Shown here piece after piece: positions 47,812-57,863 of a stretch of DNA of 64,000 nucleotides. The translations under genes and the position numbers were made by a program. The notes under the pieces were generated by a model. The model saw nothing but the letters and a program-made list of their open reading frames with translations, did not search any database and had not been told where the DNA came from. The stretch is from a virus, in the IMG/VR virus record IMGVR_UViG_3300009183_005911, positions 4,322 through 68,321 of that record. The stretch is one strand, 5' to 3'. Position 1 is the stretch's first letter. Each line of letters opens with the position of its first letter.

Positions 47812-48174
47812 ATGAAGAGAAAGATACCACTGGCTTTTTTTGAGCCATTAGAAAGCATAAAGGCTTCCGATCTTATAGAAAGCAACGACTTACTTAATAT
47901 GGTTAAGAAAGAAACTTTTCTAGCTATCGAGGAAGCTTTTCAAAATAAGAAAACCTTTGCCACTTTATTTGAAATAAATGGAACAGGTCTTTACTTAGAT
48001 ATCCCAAAACAATCATGGCTTTCTGCTCTTGAACAATGCATTAATTTTATGCTAGAAGAAGAGAGGTTCGAAGAATGTATTCCAATTAAAAATCTTATTG
48101 AAAAAATAAGGAAGCCTATCAGTATTGTTCCTAAGAAACCTATTAAAAAGAAAGAAAATGACTCAGCATCTTAA
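47812..48174 (+). CDS. hypothetical protein
   Basis: 120 aa; C-terminal EERFEEC..IK (UVR-like helix). Confidence 0.55.
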   Translation: MKRKIPLAFFEPLESIKASDLIESNDLLNMVKKETFLAIEEAFQNKKTFATLFEINGTGLYLDIPKQSWLSALEQCINFMLEEERFEECIPIKNLIEKIRKPISIVPKKPIKKKENDSAS

Positions 48175-48565
48175 TGAGATTCAAGTAGCAATCAATCAAA
48201 TACTAAATGTAAGAAGTCTAATAAGACATAAGAAAAAGACTCAAGTAGAAAAAAAGAGAGAGCTTTTTGTTTCTATTATTACTTCAATAGAGCGAATAAT
48301 TAATAGACAGGATTTAATGTACGCTGAGTTAAATTTAGACTTAGCTAATTACGATGAAGCTTTTTTAGATACTATTGATGCATTAATTATCTTATACTTT
48401 GGCAAAGAGGGAGCAGAGCTTATTGCCTATTACTTGTGGGATAGAGTAGCTCCTGATGGAAGTATTACCTCTCTTGTAGGGCCAGATGATAAAGAAGTTG
48501 TACTAGAGACTGCTCAAGATTTATGGAACTTACTTCTTACTATCAATCCATTATATGGCGACTAA
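48158..48565 (+). CDS. hypothetical protein
   Basis: ORF 48125-48565; likely start at MTQHL (48158). Confidence 0.55.
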   Translation: MTQHLNEIQVAINQILNVRSLIRHKKKTQVEKKRELFVSIITSIERIINRQDLMYAELNLDLANYDEAFLDTIDALIILYFGKEGAELIAYYLWDRVAPDGSITSLVGPDDKEVVLETAQDLWNLLLTINPLYGD

Positions 48566-49214
48566 AGGAAAAGCAGGAAGACCAAGAAGAAGTCTAACTG
48601 AAGATGTGATTAGAAATGCAATGAAGCATACTCAATCTAACTTTCAAGCTGCTAGGTATTTAAATCTAACTATCGAGACTTACCGTAAGTATGCTAAGAT
48701 GTACGTAGATAGAGAATCAGGTAAGAACTTATACGAATTTCATAAGAATAATTCCGGCAAAGGAATAAAAAGGATTAAATGGAATCATGAAATCTCAATT
48801 GAGAAGATTAATGATATAATGTCTAGTGAGAGCTATAGAGCGATCAATCAACAAAAACTTAAGAACAGATTAATATACGAAGGCATTCTTAGAATGGAAT
48901 GTTACAGTTGCGGACATCATGAAAAGAGAGTTGTAGACTTCAAACAGCCTCTAATGCTTAGCTTTATAGATGGAAATAAACACAACTGGCAAATAGATAA
49001 CTTAAGAATGCTATGCTATAATTGCCATTTCCTATATGTAGGAGACTTATTCTCAGAGAAACAAATACGTAGTAAAGAAGATGCTAATGCACCTTTAATA
49101 AAAGAAGAGATAGATTGGGAGGTAGATGATAACTTCTTAGCTCATTTCCAAGATTTAGGATTAGAAAAGAAAGATAATTATCAAGAAGGAGATGAATTTA
49201 TAAGCCGTCTTTAG
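48555..49214 (+). CDS. HTH plus HNH-like Zn-finger protein
   Basis: QAARYLNLTIETYRKY (HTH); CYSCG...DGNKHNWQIDNLRMLCYNCH (HNH-like, first His missing). Confidence 0.65.
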   Translation: MATKGKAGRPRRSLTEDVIRNAMKHTQSNFQAARYLNLTIETYRKYAKMYVDRESGKNLYEFHKNNSGKGIKRIKWNHEISIEKINDIMSSESYRAINQQKLKNRLIYEGILRMECYSCGHHEKRVVDFKQPLMLSFIDGNKHNWQIDNLRMLCYNCHFLYVGDLFSEKQIRSKEDANAPLIKEEIDWEVDDNFLAHFQDLGLEKKDNYQEGDEFISRL

Positions 49215-49249
49215 TTGTCTATTTAAATAAAAGTACGTATCTTTACATC

Positions 49250-49429
49250 ATGAATACAGAATCAGATATTAAAAAACAGTTAGAATTTATAGGTGCCGGT
49301 CTAGATGCAGCACTTGAGCATGGATTAGAGCTAGAGGTAATATACTTCGCTTTAAAGTATATGAGAGAAAATCCTAATGTAACTCCTGCAGAAGCTTTTG
49401 CTTTAGGTATAACTGAATGGATTAAGTAG
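49250..49429 (+). CDS. small hypothetical protein (59 aa, not in ORF track)
   Basis: Follows promoter 49215-49245; MNTESDIKKQLEF...ITEWIK. Confidence 0.55.
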   Translation: MNTESDIKKQLEFIGAGLDAALEHGLELEVIYFALKYMRENPNVTPAEAFALGITEWIK

Positions 49430-49454
49430 AATATATAACCTATTTATTACCGAA

Positions 49455-49676
49455 ATGCAAAATCAAGTCATACACGAAGTCTTAGATAACTTAGCTGAGA
49501 AGTTTATTCCAGAAGGCATTCACGAGTCTCTACACGTAGATAGTAGAGAGATGTGGATAGATCTAATGGTAACTTTAATTGAAGCTAGAGCAATTACAGT
49601 AAAACCATCTATTTTAACTAGATGTGCTATTAGCTGGGAGACTTTACTTGTACAGAAGTTAAGCATTCAAAATTAA
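49455..49676 (+). CDS. hypothetical protein
   Basis: 73 aa after CTATTTAT. Confidence 0.5.
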   Translation: MQNQVIHEVLDNLAEKFIPEGIHESLHVDSREMWIDLMVTLIEARAITVKPSILTRCAISWETLLVQKLSIQN

Positions 49677-49678
49677 AT

Positions 49679-49876
49679 ATGAAAACAATAACATCTGAAA
49701 GTCTTGCAGTTGGTGCATGGGGATTACATTTAACTAGCTTTATAGTAGCTAGTATTCCTTACCTCCAAGCTTTTTCTTTAATTTTAGCAATCGCAGTATC
49801 TCTATTTACATTACGTAAACTTGTTAGAGACTCAAAAAATAAAAGAAATAAAAGTTCCGATGAAAAAATCCTTTAA
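49679..49876 (+). CDS. small two-TM holin-like protein
   Basis: Two hydrophobic helices and a basic tail. Confidence 0.5.
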   Translation: MKTITSESLAVGAWGLHLTSFIVASIPYLQAFSLILAIAVSLFTLRKLVRDSKNKRNKSSDEKIL

Positions 49877-50150
49877 GCAATTCGGCTTAGCAAAAATAAC
49901 CAATAAGTTTGTTGATCGTCTAGATCAAATGGAAAAGCTAAAAGAAATAGCTAATCAAAGTAACTACTCCCACAAAGTAAAGCAGCTTAATGTTAAGATT
50001 CAAGAAGAATACGACTTCTGGACTTTAAAAAATCCTTCACGAAAGTTGGAAGATATTACAAAAGACCTTATCTTTATCAAATCAATTAGAGAGCCTATCC
50101 TAGATAAGGAAAGGATTAATGAGTTGATAGAAAAATATGGCCTCAAGTAA
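49860..50150 (+). CDS. hypothetical protein
   Basis: ORF 49821-50150; likely ATG at 49860. Confidence 0.5.
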   Translation: MKKSFKQFGLAKITNKFVDRLDQMEKLKEIANQSNYSHKVKQLNVKIQEEYDFWTLKNPSRKLEDITKDLIFIKSIREPILDKERINELIEKYGLK

Positions 50151-50319
50151 ACCGGTAGAACCCCAGACTAAATTTACAGTTGAATATAAGGACAGAGATG
50201 GTAACATAACTGATCGTTGGCACTATGATCTAAATAAATTTAGGAACGGTCCTATCATGACTGAAAACTTTGAACTGCCCCCTAAAGAAAAAGTTGCTAA
50301 GAAGAAAAAGTTAAGTTAA
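50137..50319 (+). CDS. hypothetical protein
   Basis: 60 aa with WHYDLNKFRNGP. Confidence 0.55.
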   Translation: MASSKPVEPQTKFTVEYKDRDGNITDRWHYDLNKFRNGPIMTENFELPPKEKVAKKKKLS

Positions 50320-50344
50320 CTTTAGAAAAAATAAATAATAAGTT

Positions 50345-50554
50345 ATGAAGTATTGTAAAGTGTGTAGTAATGTAATTCCAGAGAAGAGAGTTCAATTAGG
50401 CTACTCTGATACCTGCGTCGATCATTCAAATGTATTTAAGTATGTAGGATTTGTATCAGGAACTAATAAAGTTGACTACGAAATATCTATAGTAAGAGAT
50501 AGAGAAACTGCGAATCATATGCAGCATTTATCTGAAATGAGAGGAGCGTTTTAA
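50345..50554 (+). CDS. TraR/DksA-like Zn-finger protein
   Basis: CKVCSNVIPEKRVQLGYSDTCVDHS matches the CxxC..IPxxR....CxxC/H pattern. Confidence 0.6.
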   Translation: MKYCKVCSNVIPEKRVQLGYSDTCVDHSNVFKYVGFVSGTNKVDYEISIVRDRETANHMQHLSEMRGAF

Positions 50555-50556
50555 TT

Positions 50557-50922
50557 ATGTGGAAAATTAAAGAGTATATTAGAAAAATTAAAAACCTAAT
50601 TAGATGGACTCCGATTATATGGAGAGATCATGATTGGGATTATTATTTCATTTACGAAATGCTTAAGCATAAGCTCATATTTACAGAGAAGTTTATTCGT
50701 GAGAAAGGTATTCATATGTTTAACACTGAAGATGCTGATAGTATTTTAAAGACAATTGATCTAATAAATAAAGTACAGACCGAATATCATCTTGATAAGT
50801 ACCTATCAGAAGCTACAGAATGGACTAGCGAAGGAATAGACAGAGCAGTGGAAGAGCATGATGAAGTAAAGCAAGAACTATTTCAACACCTAAACGACAA
50901 CATTGAAAAATGGTGGGATTAA
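50557..50922 (+). CDS. hypothetical protein
   Basis: 121 aa ending WWD. Confidence 0.6.
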   Translation: MWKIKEYIRKIKNLIRWTPIIWRDHDWDYYFIYEMLKHKLIFTEKFIREKGIHMFNTEDADSILKTIDLINKVQTEYHLDKYLSEATEWTSEGIDRAVEEHDEVKQELFQHLNDNIEKWWD

Positions 50923-50946
50923 TATTCATAAATAAAGGTTATAGAA

Positions 50947-51117
50947 ATGGAAATAACAAAAAAAGAGATCGAGACTCTCCTAGGTCAGAAGGTAGAGGAC
51001 TATAAAGTAGTCAGTCTACGATAAGAACGGAGTATTACATTTAAATATAGTAGTACAACCTAAGAAAGCAGCAGATAAAGTTAAGATTACAATAAAGCGA
51101 GTTAAAAGTAAGTCATA
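50947..51117 (+). pseudogene. small ORF with apparent frameshift near 51012
   Basis: MEITKKEIETLLGQKVEDYKV continues in another frame as VYDKNGVLHLNIVVQPKKAADKVKITIKRVKSKS. Confidence 0.4.
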
Positions 51118-51146
51118 GCTTTCATATTCAAACTATTTATATAGGA

Positions 51147-51845
51147 ATGAATAAGCAGCTTACCATAGTAATCCCGTGTAAAAACGAAGGAAGAGGTGTT
51201 ATTGACATCCTTAAGTTAATTCGTAAGCAGCAACTAGACTGCCAAGTCATAATAGCAGATTCATCCGACGATAAGAATACTTTACTTTTACTAAAACAAT
51301 ATCAAGCATCTACTCCGATGGTTATCCGAATAGTTCAAGGAGGCCTTCCTTCTATAGCTCGTAATAACGGAGCAGCACTCGTAAAGACCCCCTACATTTT
51401 ATTCTTAGATGCAGACATATACTTACAAGAACCTGATATGATTAGCAAATGCCTAGCAACTGCAATTGGCGGAGATTATGATCTAGTAACTTGTAAATTT
51501 AAGACACTAGACGGTAAGTATGATTGGATCTTTCAAGTATTTAATATTGTTCAGCGAATAAGCTCTATGTTTACTCCGTTTGCTGTAGGAGGTTTTATGC
51601 TATTCAAAACAAAAACTTTTAAAACTATAGGAGGATTCGATGAAGAAGCTAAAGTAGCAGAAGATTACTTGCTGAGTTCTAAGGTTAGTCCTAAGAAATT
51701 TAAAATAGTAGACAGAGTAGCTTGTACCCTAAGCAGGCGCTTTGAGAAAAAGGGAATAGGCTACATGATAAAGATAATGCTAGCAAGCTGGTGGAATAGG
51801 AATAATCCTGAATGGTTTAAACACGATCATAACTACTGGAAATGA
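51147..51845 (+). CDS. glycosyltransferase family 2
   Basis: IVIPCKNE, ARNNGA, LFLDAD, GGFDE, AEDY. Confidence 0.9.
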   Translation: MNKQLTIVIPCKNEGRGVIDILKLIRKQQLDCQVIIADSSDDKNTLLLLKQYQASTPMVIRIVQGGLPSIARNNGAALVKTPYILFLDADIYLQEPDMISKCLATAIGGDYDLVTCKFKTLDGKYDWIFQVFNIVQRISSMFTPFAVGGFMLFKTKTFKTIGGFDEEAKVAEDYLLSSKVSPKKFKIVDRVACTLSRRFEKKGIGYMIKIMLASWWNRNNPEWFKHDHNYWK

Positions 51846-52546
51846 AATACAAAGCAATTATAGTATCAGATCTACACTTAGGTACGAAAGACTCTAAAGC
51901 AAAAGAGTTTATAGAGTTTCTAGAAAAGCATCCTACAGATCTTTTAATCCTTAATGGAGACATAATAGACGGATGGGCTCTTAATAGAGGAGCTAAATGG
52001 AAAAAGCAACATACAAATGCTATTTCTAAAATTCTTAAATTATCAAATAAGACTAAAGTAATTTGGATTAGAGGCAATCACGATGAATTCCTAGCGGAGT
52101 TTATTGGAATGCATTTTGGTAATATTGAAATTAGAGAAGATTATATTATTAACGACTACTATGTTTTTCACGGAGATGTGATAGATGTATTCATTACCAA
52201 GTATAAATGGCTTGCTAAGATAGGATCAGTAGGGTATGACTTTGCTCTATGGTTAAATAGGTGGTATAATAGATATAGAGTATGGAGAGGATTACCTTAC
52301 CAATCTATCTCTCAAGAAATTAAAGCAGGAGTAAAAACAGCTACTAATTATATAAATGACTTTGAAATAACAGCTGTTAAGATGGCTAGTAAGAATGGAT
52401 GCAAAGGAGTTATATGCGGGCACATACATCAACCTGCTGACTTAGTCATTAATGGAGCTAGGTACTTAAATTCCGGCGATTGGGTTGAAAATAGAACAGC
52501 TATTTTGTTGGATCAGAATGATAATTTTACTATCTTTAAACTATAA
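51842..52546 (+). CDS. LpxH-like calcineurin-type metallophosphoesterase
   Basis: SDLHLG, NGDIID, GNHD, FHGD, CGHIH, YLNSGDW. Confidence 0.88.
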   Translation: MKYKAIIVSDLHLGTKDSKAKEFIEFLEKHPTDLLILNGDIIDGWALNRGAKWKKQHTNAISKILKLSNKTKVIWIRGNHDEFLAEFIGMHFGNIEIREDYIINDYYVFHGDVIDVFITKYKWLAKIGSVGYDFALWLNRWYNRYRVWRGLPYQSISQEIKAGVKTATNYINDFEITAVKMASKNGCKGVICGHIHQPADLVINGARYLNSGDWVENRTAILLDQNDNFTIFKL

Positions 52547-52557
52547 AACTATAAGTT

Positions 52558-52710
52558 ATGTTAATTATTTCAATTATCGCTTTAACCTCTTTATTTATAA
52601 TGGGAGTTATTATGTTTATAGACTGTAAGATAATAGAAGACTTACCGGAAAGTAATGAGTTTAGAAAGTGGTGGAAAAAACATCTAATTGATGTTGAACC
52701 TAAGGATTAA
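52558..52710 (+). CDS. small membrane protein (50 aa, not in ORF track)
   Basis: Follows promoter 52508-52538; hydrophobic N-terminus then FRKWWKKH. Confidence 0.5.
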   Translation: MLIISIIALTSLFIMGVIMFIDCKIIEDLPESNEFRKWWKKHLIDVEPKD

Positions 52711-52747
52711 GACCAGTATTACAACTATTTATAACAAATACATACAG

Positions 52748-54283
52748 ATGGAAGAATATATATCTCATGAAGATTATAAGCAAATGATGGATGCTTTCAA
52801 GCAAGGTACTTCTAAAGGTCTTTTAAAAGAGTCTTTAGATCCTGTGGGTAAAGAAGATGGTGATATCGATAATGATGGCGATACTGATAAGACAGATAAG
52901 TATTTAGCAAATCGCCGTAAGACTGTAGGAAAAGCTATCGGTAAAGGAAGAGCAATGAAAGAAAGTCATCTCGGTAACGATCAATGGCATGAAGAGTTTC
53001 AAACTGCTATTTCAGCAATGGGATTAGCAGGACAGGCAGAAGCTAGAGTAATGAAAGCTTTAGATCATACAGATCCAATGGCTCAATACGGAAGCATGCA
53101 AGCACCAGAAGCAGCTAGAGAATTTGTAAACGATTTAGGTATCGTTAGTGCTGATGATTATGACGATTATGATGCTGACTACGAAGAGCCAAGAGATGAT
53201 TTTGATATGGCTGGAGGAGATTTTAACGACGGTGAATTCTGGGAAGCAGAAGTTAAGAAGTTTCAAGAGATAGCTGGAGTAGGTCCTCAAGACGATGGTC
53301 CAGAAGATGACGATGATGAAGCAAGACAAAAAAGAGCAGATAAAGAAGAAGAAGAAGATACTGAAGCAGAGAATGCTGAAAGAGAAATAGACGAAGAAGA
53401 GACCGGTGAAAATACTAATCTACGTATGCCAGACAAATATGCTAAATTAGTTGCACAAAAGCATAGTGCTGATTTAAAGCCATTATACGATAAGTACCAG
53501 GCAGCTAGAAAAGATCCTGACCATAAAGTAGGAAATGCAGCTTGGAAGGAATATGAAAATATAGCTATTAGCTGGTGCGGACATGAGATGTTAGAGCAAG
53601 GAAGGAAAAGAATAGAAGTAAGTAATATACTTTCTGGACGTGGCTACCATGAAGACTTTAATTGGGAGTTTATGACAGCTTTAGGTGAAGAATTAAAAGG
53701 AGTAGCAGAAGGTTTACATATGCCTCCATTACAAGCAACAGGACCAACTGTAGATACAAACGAAGGTATGCATATGCCACCACTTCAAGCAACAGGTAAC
53801 TCTGCTGTTAAAGAAGAAGAGGCTCCATTTGGAATGTCAGTATTATCTCCAGATGAAAGAAAGCAATTAAAAGAATATATTAATTCTTATAGAACTATTA
53901 AGAAAGAGATTGCTGGTTTATTAGAAAAAGCAGGTAAGACTGGACAGATAATGGAAGCTACAGCAGCAGAAGACGAAAGAGTTCCTGCAGCAAGACCAGC
54001 TCATTACAACGAACCAACTAAGACTCCAAAGCATAATCCTTCTAACCTAGGTGGCAATAGAACAAACTTAGTAATGACTAAAGCTGAAATGTGGGAAGGA
54101 GCCGATAAGATGGAAACTTCACTAGGAGAAAAACTACACAGTGCTTTTAATAAAGTTACTGACATGGCTATTAAGCAATTAGTAGCAGATGGATGGGACG
54201 AAAGTCAAGCTGCAAGTTTTCTTAAAGTAGAAATTGAGGAGAGAGCAAAAGAGGCTATAAACGCTCAATACGATATAAACTAG
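52748..54283 (+). CDS. large acidic protein, probable internal virion protein
   Basis: After CTATTTAT; [28 protein letters not shown] motif; duplicated EG(L/M)HMPPLQATG; followed by a terminator. Confidence 0.6.
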   Translation: MEEYISHEDYKQMMDAFKQGTSKGLLKESLDPVGKEDGDIDNDGDTDKTDKYLANRRKTVGKAIGKGRAMKESHLGNDQWHEEFQTAISAMGLAGQAEARVMKALDHTDPMAQYGSMQAPEAAREFVNDLGIVSADDYDDYDADYEEPRDDFDMAGGDFNDGEFWEAEVKKFQEIAGVGPQDDGPEDDDDEARQKRADKEEEEDTEAENAEREIDEEETGENTNLRMPDKYAKLVAQKHSADLKPLYDKYQAARKDPDHKVGNAAWKEYENIAISWCGHEMLEQGRKRIEVSNILSGRGYHEDFNWEFMTALGEELKGVAEGLHMPPLQATGPTVDTNEGMHMPPLQATGNSAVKEEEAPFGMSVLSPDERKQLKEYINSYRTIKKEIAGLLEKAGKTGQIMEATAAEDERVPAARPAHYNEPTKTPKHNPSNLGGNRTNLVMTKAEMWEGADKMETSLGEKLHSAFNKVTDMAIKQLVADGWDESQAASFLKVEIEERAKEAINAQYDIN

Positions 54284-54296
54284 ATTAAAACATTAG

Positions 54297-54322
54297 AAGC
54301 CTCCATTAGGAGGCTTTTTTTT
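54297..54322 (+). terminator. intrinsic terminator
   Basis: AAGCCTCC-ATTA-GGAGGCTT plus T-tract. Confidence 0.85.
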
Positions 54323-54356
54323 GGTAGACTGAGATTTTATACTTATATTTAAAGCT

Positions 54357-54947
54357 ATGGGTTACGTACAAAACTTTGTTAAGCATGTTAGAGCTGAGTG
54401 TAAGACACACGGCATTAAGTTTGTACTTAAGAGATCGAAGAATGTAGTAACTCCTGATAAGATTAAATGCGCTGGTTATTTTGATACAGAAGATAGAAGG
54501 GAATTAGTTGTAGCTGGTGGAGATAGAAACTGGCTTCTTACTTTAGTTCATGAATACGGGCACCTTACTCAATGGGTAGAAGGATGTAAGGAATGGAAAG
54601 ATGCAGAGAATATAGATAACATAGACGATTGGATAAATGGAATAGATGTTCCTAATCCAAAGAAAGCTCTCGCTAAGACTAGAGACTTAGAATTAGATAA
54701 TGAAAAGAGAACCGTCAAGTTAATTAAGGAATGGAAGCTACCTATCAATACCAAGATCTATACTCAAAAAGCAAACTCTTATATTCAGTTCTATAATTAT
54801 ATCTACTATACTAGACGCTGGTACCCATCTAACAACTCTCCCTCTAGAAATCCTAAGATCTATAAGCAAATGCCTACTACCTTTAGTATGAATTATAAAA
54901 GACTTTCAAAAAAGTATAAAGAATTGTTTGAAGATGCAGGTATTTAA
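54357..54947 (+). CDS. HExxH metallopeptidase-like protein
   Basis: LTLVHEYGHLTQ with downstream E (DLELDNE); promoter at 54321-54351. Confidence 0.65.
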   Translation: MGYVQNFVKHVRAECKTHGIKFVLKRSKNVVTPDKIKCAGYFDTEDRRELVVAGGDRNWLLTLVHEYGHLTQWVEGCKEWKDAENIDNIDDWINGIDVPNPKKALAKTRDLELDNEKRTVKLIKEWKLPINTKIYTQKANSYIQFYNYIYYTRRWYPSNNSPSRNPKIYKQMPTTFSMNYKRLSKKYKELFEDAGI

Positions 54948-54982
54948 CCTATCTTTAGTGTACAATAAAACCAATAATAGTT

Positions 54983-55300
54983 ATGAGACATGAAATTTTA
55001 TTCTTAAGACCAAACAGAGCTTACGTATTAATCGATAATGTATGGTATGATACTCCTAGAGATTCTAATCCTCAAATAGGTCAATCATTCCTTATAGGAA
55101 AGATAGAAAAGGTTCTAGATTACGAAAAGTATACAGAGAAGTATCCAGAATCAAAAGATCCGATGTTCGATTACGTATCAGATAAGACCATTTCAGGCGG
55201 CTATATAAGGAGAGTAGTAGACAATTTAGTTAAGTATGCTGTCAATCCTGCTACACCTACAGTAGGTAGTAGCTCTAAGAAAGAGTTAGTAGAAGACTAA
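54983..55300 (+). CDS. hypothetical protein
   Basis: 105-aa ORF. Confidence 0.55.
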   Translation: MRHEILFLRPNRAYVLIDNVWYDTPRDSNPQIGQSFLIGKIEKVLDYEKYTEKYPESKDPMFDYVSDKTISGGYIRRVVDNLVKYAVNPATPTVGSSSKKELVED

Positions 55301-55320
55301 ATCCAACTATTTATAACTAT

Positions 55321-55635
55321 ATGAGTAACGCCTTAGTAGTTAGAAAAATAGTAGAGAAGTTAGCCGAGAAGCTTAAAAGCTCCAATATTCATCCATCAGA
55401 TGCAGATTGGTATATAGGCTTTGGCGACGATGTTAATACAGCTAATGAAACTGCTAACGAGTATGATCCTAAAACAGGAAAGGTTATAAAGAATAACACT
55501 GTAGGAGATCATACTACTTACTTACAGCAGTGGGATGCTGATAGTACAGGATACCTTGAGAGTGAAGATGTTAGAAGAGATAATGGAGTTGGTTATCAAA
55601 AACTAGCTGCCGATCAAATCACACCAATTAAATAG
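55321..55635 (+). CDS. hypothetical protein
   Basis: 104 aa after CTATTTAT. Confidence 0.55.
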   Translation: MSNALVVRKIVEKLAEKLKSSNIHPSDADWYIGFGDDVNTANETANEYDPKTGKVIKNNTVGDHTTYLQQWDADSTGYLESEDVRRDNGVGYQKLAADQITPIK

Positions 55636-55639
55636 ACAT

Positions 55640-56308
55640 ATGAAGAAAATTGTACTTGTTATAGCTTTAGCCCTTGTAGGTTATAGCTTATTCACATTAG
55701 GAGGCATTAAAGTAGATAGTTCTTTTAAAGCTAAATTAGATAGCTTAAATAAAGTAAACGATTCTTTAATAGCAGTTAACTTATTAGATAATAAAAAAAT
55801 AGATGAGTTAAAGGTTCGTGATAGTATTCTAGAATATAAGATAGAGCATCAAAAGGTTAGGGTAATAAAAATAAGAGAAGAGGTAGCTGCTAAGCATAAC
55901 GAAATAGATACTTACAACGAACAAGAAATTGTAAGCTTCTTTAACAACCGCTATCCTTCTGATACAGTAACTAATCCTCTTCCTATTGCACAGCCGGTAT
56001 TAACTCTTACAGCTAAAGATCTAACTTCTTTTGATGGTACAAAGAAGGAGATAGTTATAAAGGACAGTATCATAGCTATTCAAGACAATAGGATCTCTTT
56101 AAAAGACAGTACTATTACTTTATTTAAAAACAAAGAAGGAAGATATCAATCTATTATAGGGAATAAAGATCAAGCTATTTCCGAATGGAGTAAACAATAT
56201 GATGTTTTAAATCTTAATTATAAAAAATTACAGGTAAAATCTAAATTCCAACGAATAGCATCCTATGTTATTATCGGTGGATTAACTTACACCTTGCTTG
56301 CGAAGTAA
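55640..56308 (+). CDS. membrane-anchored coiled-coil protein (spanin-like architecture)
   Basis: N- and C-terminal hydrophobic helices; coiled coil with repeated DS(L/I/T). Confidence 0.55.
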   Translation: MKKIVLVIALALVGYSLFTLGGIKVDSSFKAKLDSLNKVNDSLIAVNLLDNKKIDELKVRDSILEYKIEHQKVRVIKIREEVAAKHNEIDTYNEQEIVSFFNNRYPSDTVTNPLPIAQPVLTLTAKDLTSFDGTKKEIVIKDSIIAIQDNRISLKDSTITLFKNKEGRYQSIIGNKDQAISEWSKQYDVLNLNYKKLQVKSKFQRIASYVIIGGLTYTLLAK

Positions 56309-56335
56309 GGATTTTCGCTACCCCGACTAGGAAAT

Positions 56336-56357
56336 AGCCTACGAAAGTAGGCTTTTT
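56336..56357 (+). terminator. intrinsic terminator
   Basis: AGCCTAC-GAAA-GTAGGCT plus TTTT. Confidence 0.85.
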
Positions 56358-56404
56358 CTATCTAAGAGAGTTGGCCGATTGAGATATAGTCCTTATATTT
56401 AGAT

Positions 56405-56824
56405 ATGTTTAAGAAGAGTCCAGAAGTATTATGTAAGTTTGGTAAGACGATGTCAAGCGATATACTTGAAAGGTATAGCATAGAGCAGCATGAGAAATTT
56501 GGTTGGAGAGGTATTCCATTAGGTAGAGACTATAAGATAAAGCCGATCTGGTCTATGTGGGTAACTAAAGAGAGAGCTGATAAAGCAGAGAAGTGGTTTA
56601 AAGATAATTACCGTAAGGAGTTTTACTGCACTACTAAGTATAACGGTATAACTGAATGTAGAGACTTTACACTAGAACAGTATGAAGAGTTTAGAGATTT
56701 CCTTTACACTAAGTACCCAGCAACAAAGCAATATAAAGCTGAGATACTAAAATTAATGATGCAGGGTAATATAACAAAAACGCACGTAAAAATATATTTT
56801 ATAATGTTAACTAAAAAACAATAA
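56405..56824 (+). CDS. hypothetical protein, possibly degenerate GIY-YIG/T5orf172-like
   Basis: KFGKT...ERY, AE, NGITE; promoter at 56371-56401. Confidence 0.5.
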   Translation: MFKKSPEVLCKFGKTMSSDILERYSIEQHEKFGWRGIPLGRDYKIKPIWSMWVTKERADKAEKWFKDNYRKEFYCTTKYNGITECRDFTLEQYEEFRDFLYTKYPATKQYKAEILKLMMQGNITKTHVKIYFIMLTKKQ

Positions 56825-56825
56825 C

Positions 56826-56993
56826 ATGTCAGATCAACAATTCACTCAATACGCAGTGATTATTTTCCCAGATTTAGCCCAAGTGGTAAGTGAAGTAAAT
56901 GCCTTATTATCTAGAGGATGGAAACTAGTAGGCGGTATTACAGTATCAGCTCAAGGTAGTAATGTCTACCATTTACAAGCTATGGCTAAGTAA
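56826..56993 (+). CDS. DUF1737-like small protein (55 aa, not in ORF track)
   Basis: EVNALLSRGWKLVGG...LQAM pattern. Confidence 0.55.
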   Translation: MSDQQFTQYAVIIFPDLAQVVSEVNALLSRGWKLVGGITVSAQGSNVYHLQAMAK

Positions 56994-57002
56994 AGAACAA
57001 AT

Positions 57003-57030
57003 AAGATCCGGTTTAATCGCCGGATCTTTT
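57003..57030 (+). terminator. intrinsic terminator
   Basis: AAGATCCGG...CCGGATCTT plus TT. Confidence 0.75.
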
Positions 57031-57038
57031 ATTAGACT

Positions 57039-57251
57039 ATGAAGGAACAATTAGATAGAATAGAAGCAAAGCTTGATAAAGTTATTAAAGCATTGCAGGA
57101 GTATGATGGAGTAGATGAGGACTTTAAAGAACCAGAAGATGAGTATGCTTGGAAAGGTATAGAGTTTAAAGAGAAGGAAGAGATTATTCTTCCTGAACCT
57201 ACTCCACCTAAACCCAAGAAGAAGTATTATCATAATAAAAAGAAAAAGTAA
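57039..57251 (+). CDS. hypothetical protein
   Basis: 70-aa ORF. Confidence 0.55.
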   Translation: MKEQLDRIEAKLDKVIKALQEYDGVDEDFKEPEDEYAWKGIEFKEKEEIILPEPTPPKPKKKYYHNKKKK

Positions 57252-57253
57252 AT

Positions 57254-57475
57254 ATGAATTTATACAGAGTAATTGTCTTAAGAGAAGACAAAGAGAATTT
57301 AGAAAGAGGCGTATGGGCCGATAAGATGGAGTTTAAAGGTGAGAGTATTTTATTCTTAACCTTTGATACAGATAGTATGCAAGATAGAATGGTAGGACTA
57401 TACCCAGCTCGTTATACAGTTGTAACTAGCGTAGAGACTAAAGAAGAGTTTGATAAAAGAAAAGGAACTATCTAG
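57254..57475 (+). CDS. hypothetical protein
   Basis: 73-aa ORF. Confidence 0.55.
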   Translation: MNLYRVIVLREDKENLERGVWADKMEFKGESILFLTFDTDSMQDRMVGLYPARYTVVTSVETKEEFDKRKGTI

Positions 57476-57813
57476 TGAATCTATTTTACGGTGTACTATG
57501 GGGGTTACTTGGACAGATAGGATCCTTTATGCAATTTCAAGGAGCTATTAAGTATAATTGGAATCAAAAATACTTCTGGCTACTTCTCTTTACAAGCGTA
57601 CCTATAGGGTACTTCTATATGAAATCAGTAGAGAGGTTTGTAGTAGCATTTAATGGAGAGATATGGCCTAGTAGACTTATTGGCTTTGGATTAGGCATTA
57701 CTGTTTTTACAGCTTTAAGTTACTTTTTATTTAAAGAACCATTTACAATAAAGACGCTTGTATGCCTTATGCTAGGAGTTGCTATTATAGCAATACAAGT
57801 ACTTTGGAAATAA
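57475..57813 (+). CDS. four-TM SMR/EamA-like membrane protein
   Basis: Four hydrophobic helices; LFKEP.TIK pattern; GTG start. Confidence 0.6.
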   Translation: MNLFYGVLWGLLGQIGSFMQFQGAIKYNWNQKYFWLLLFTSVPIGYFYMKSVERFVVAFNGEIWPSRLIGFGLGITVFTALSYFLFKEPFTIKTLVCLMLGVAIIAIQVLWK

Positions 57814-57863
57814 GTTGGTAGATTGAAATAGTATACCTATCTTTATGATCTAATAATAAGAGT

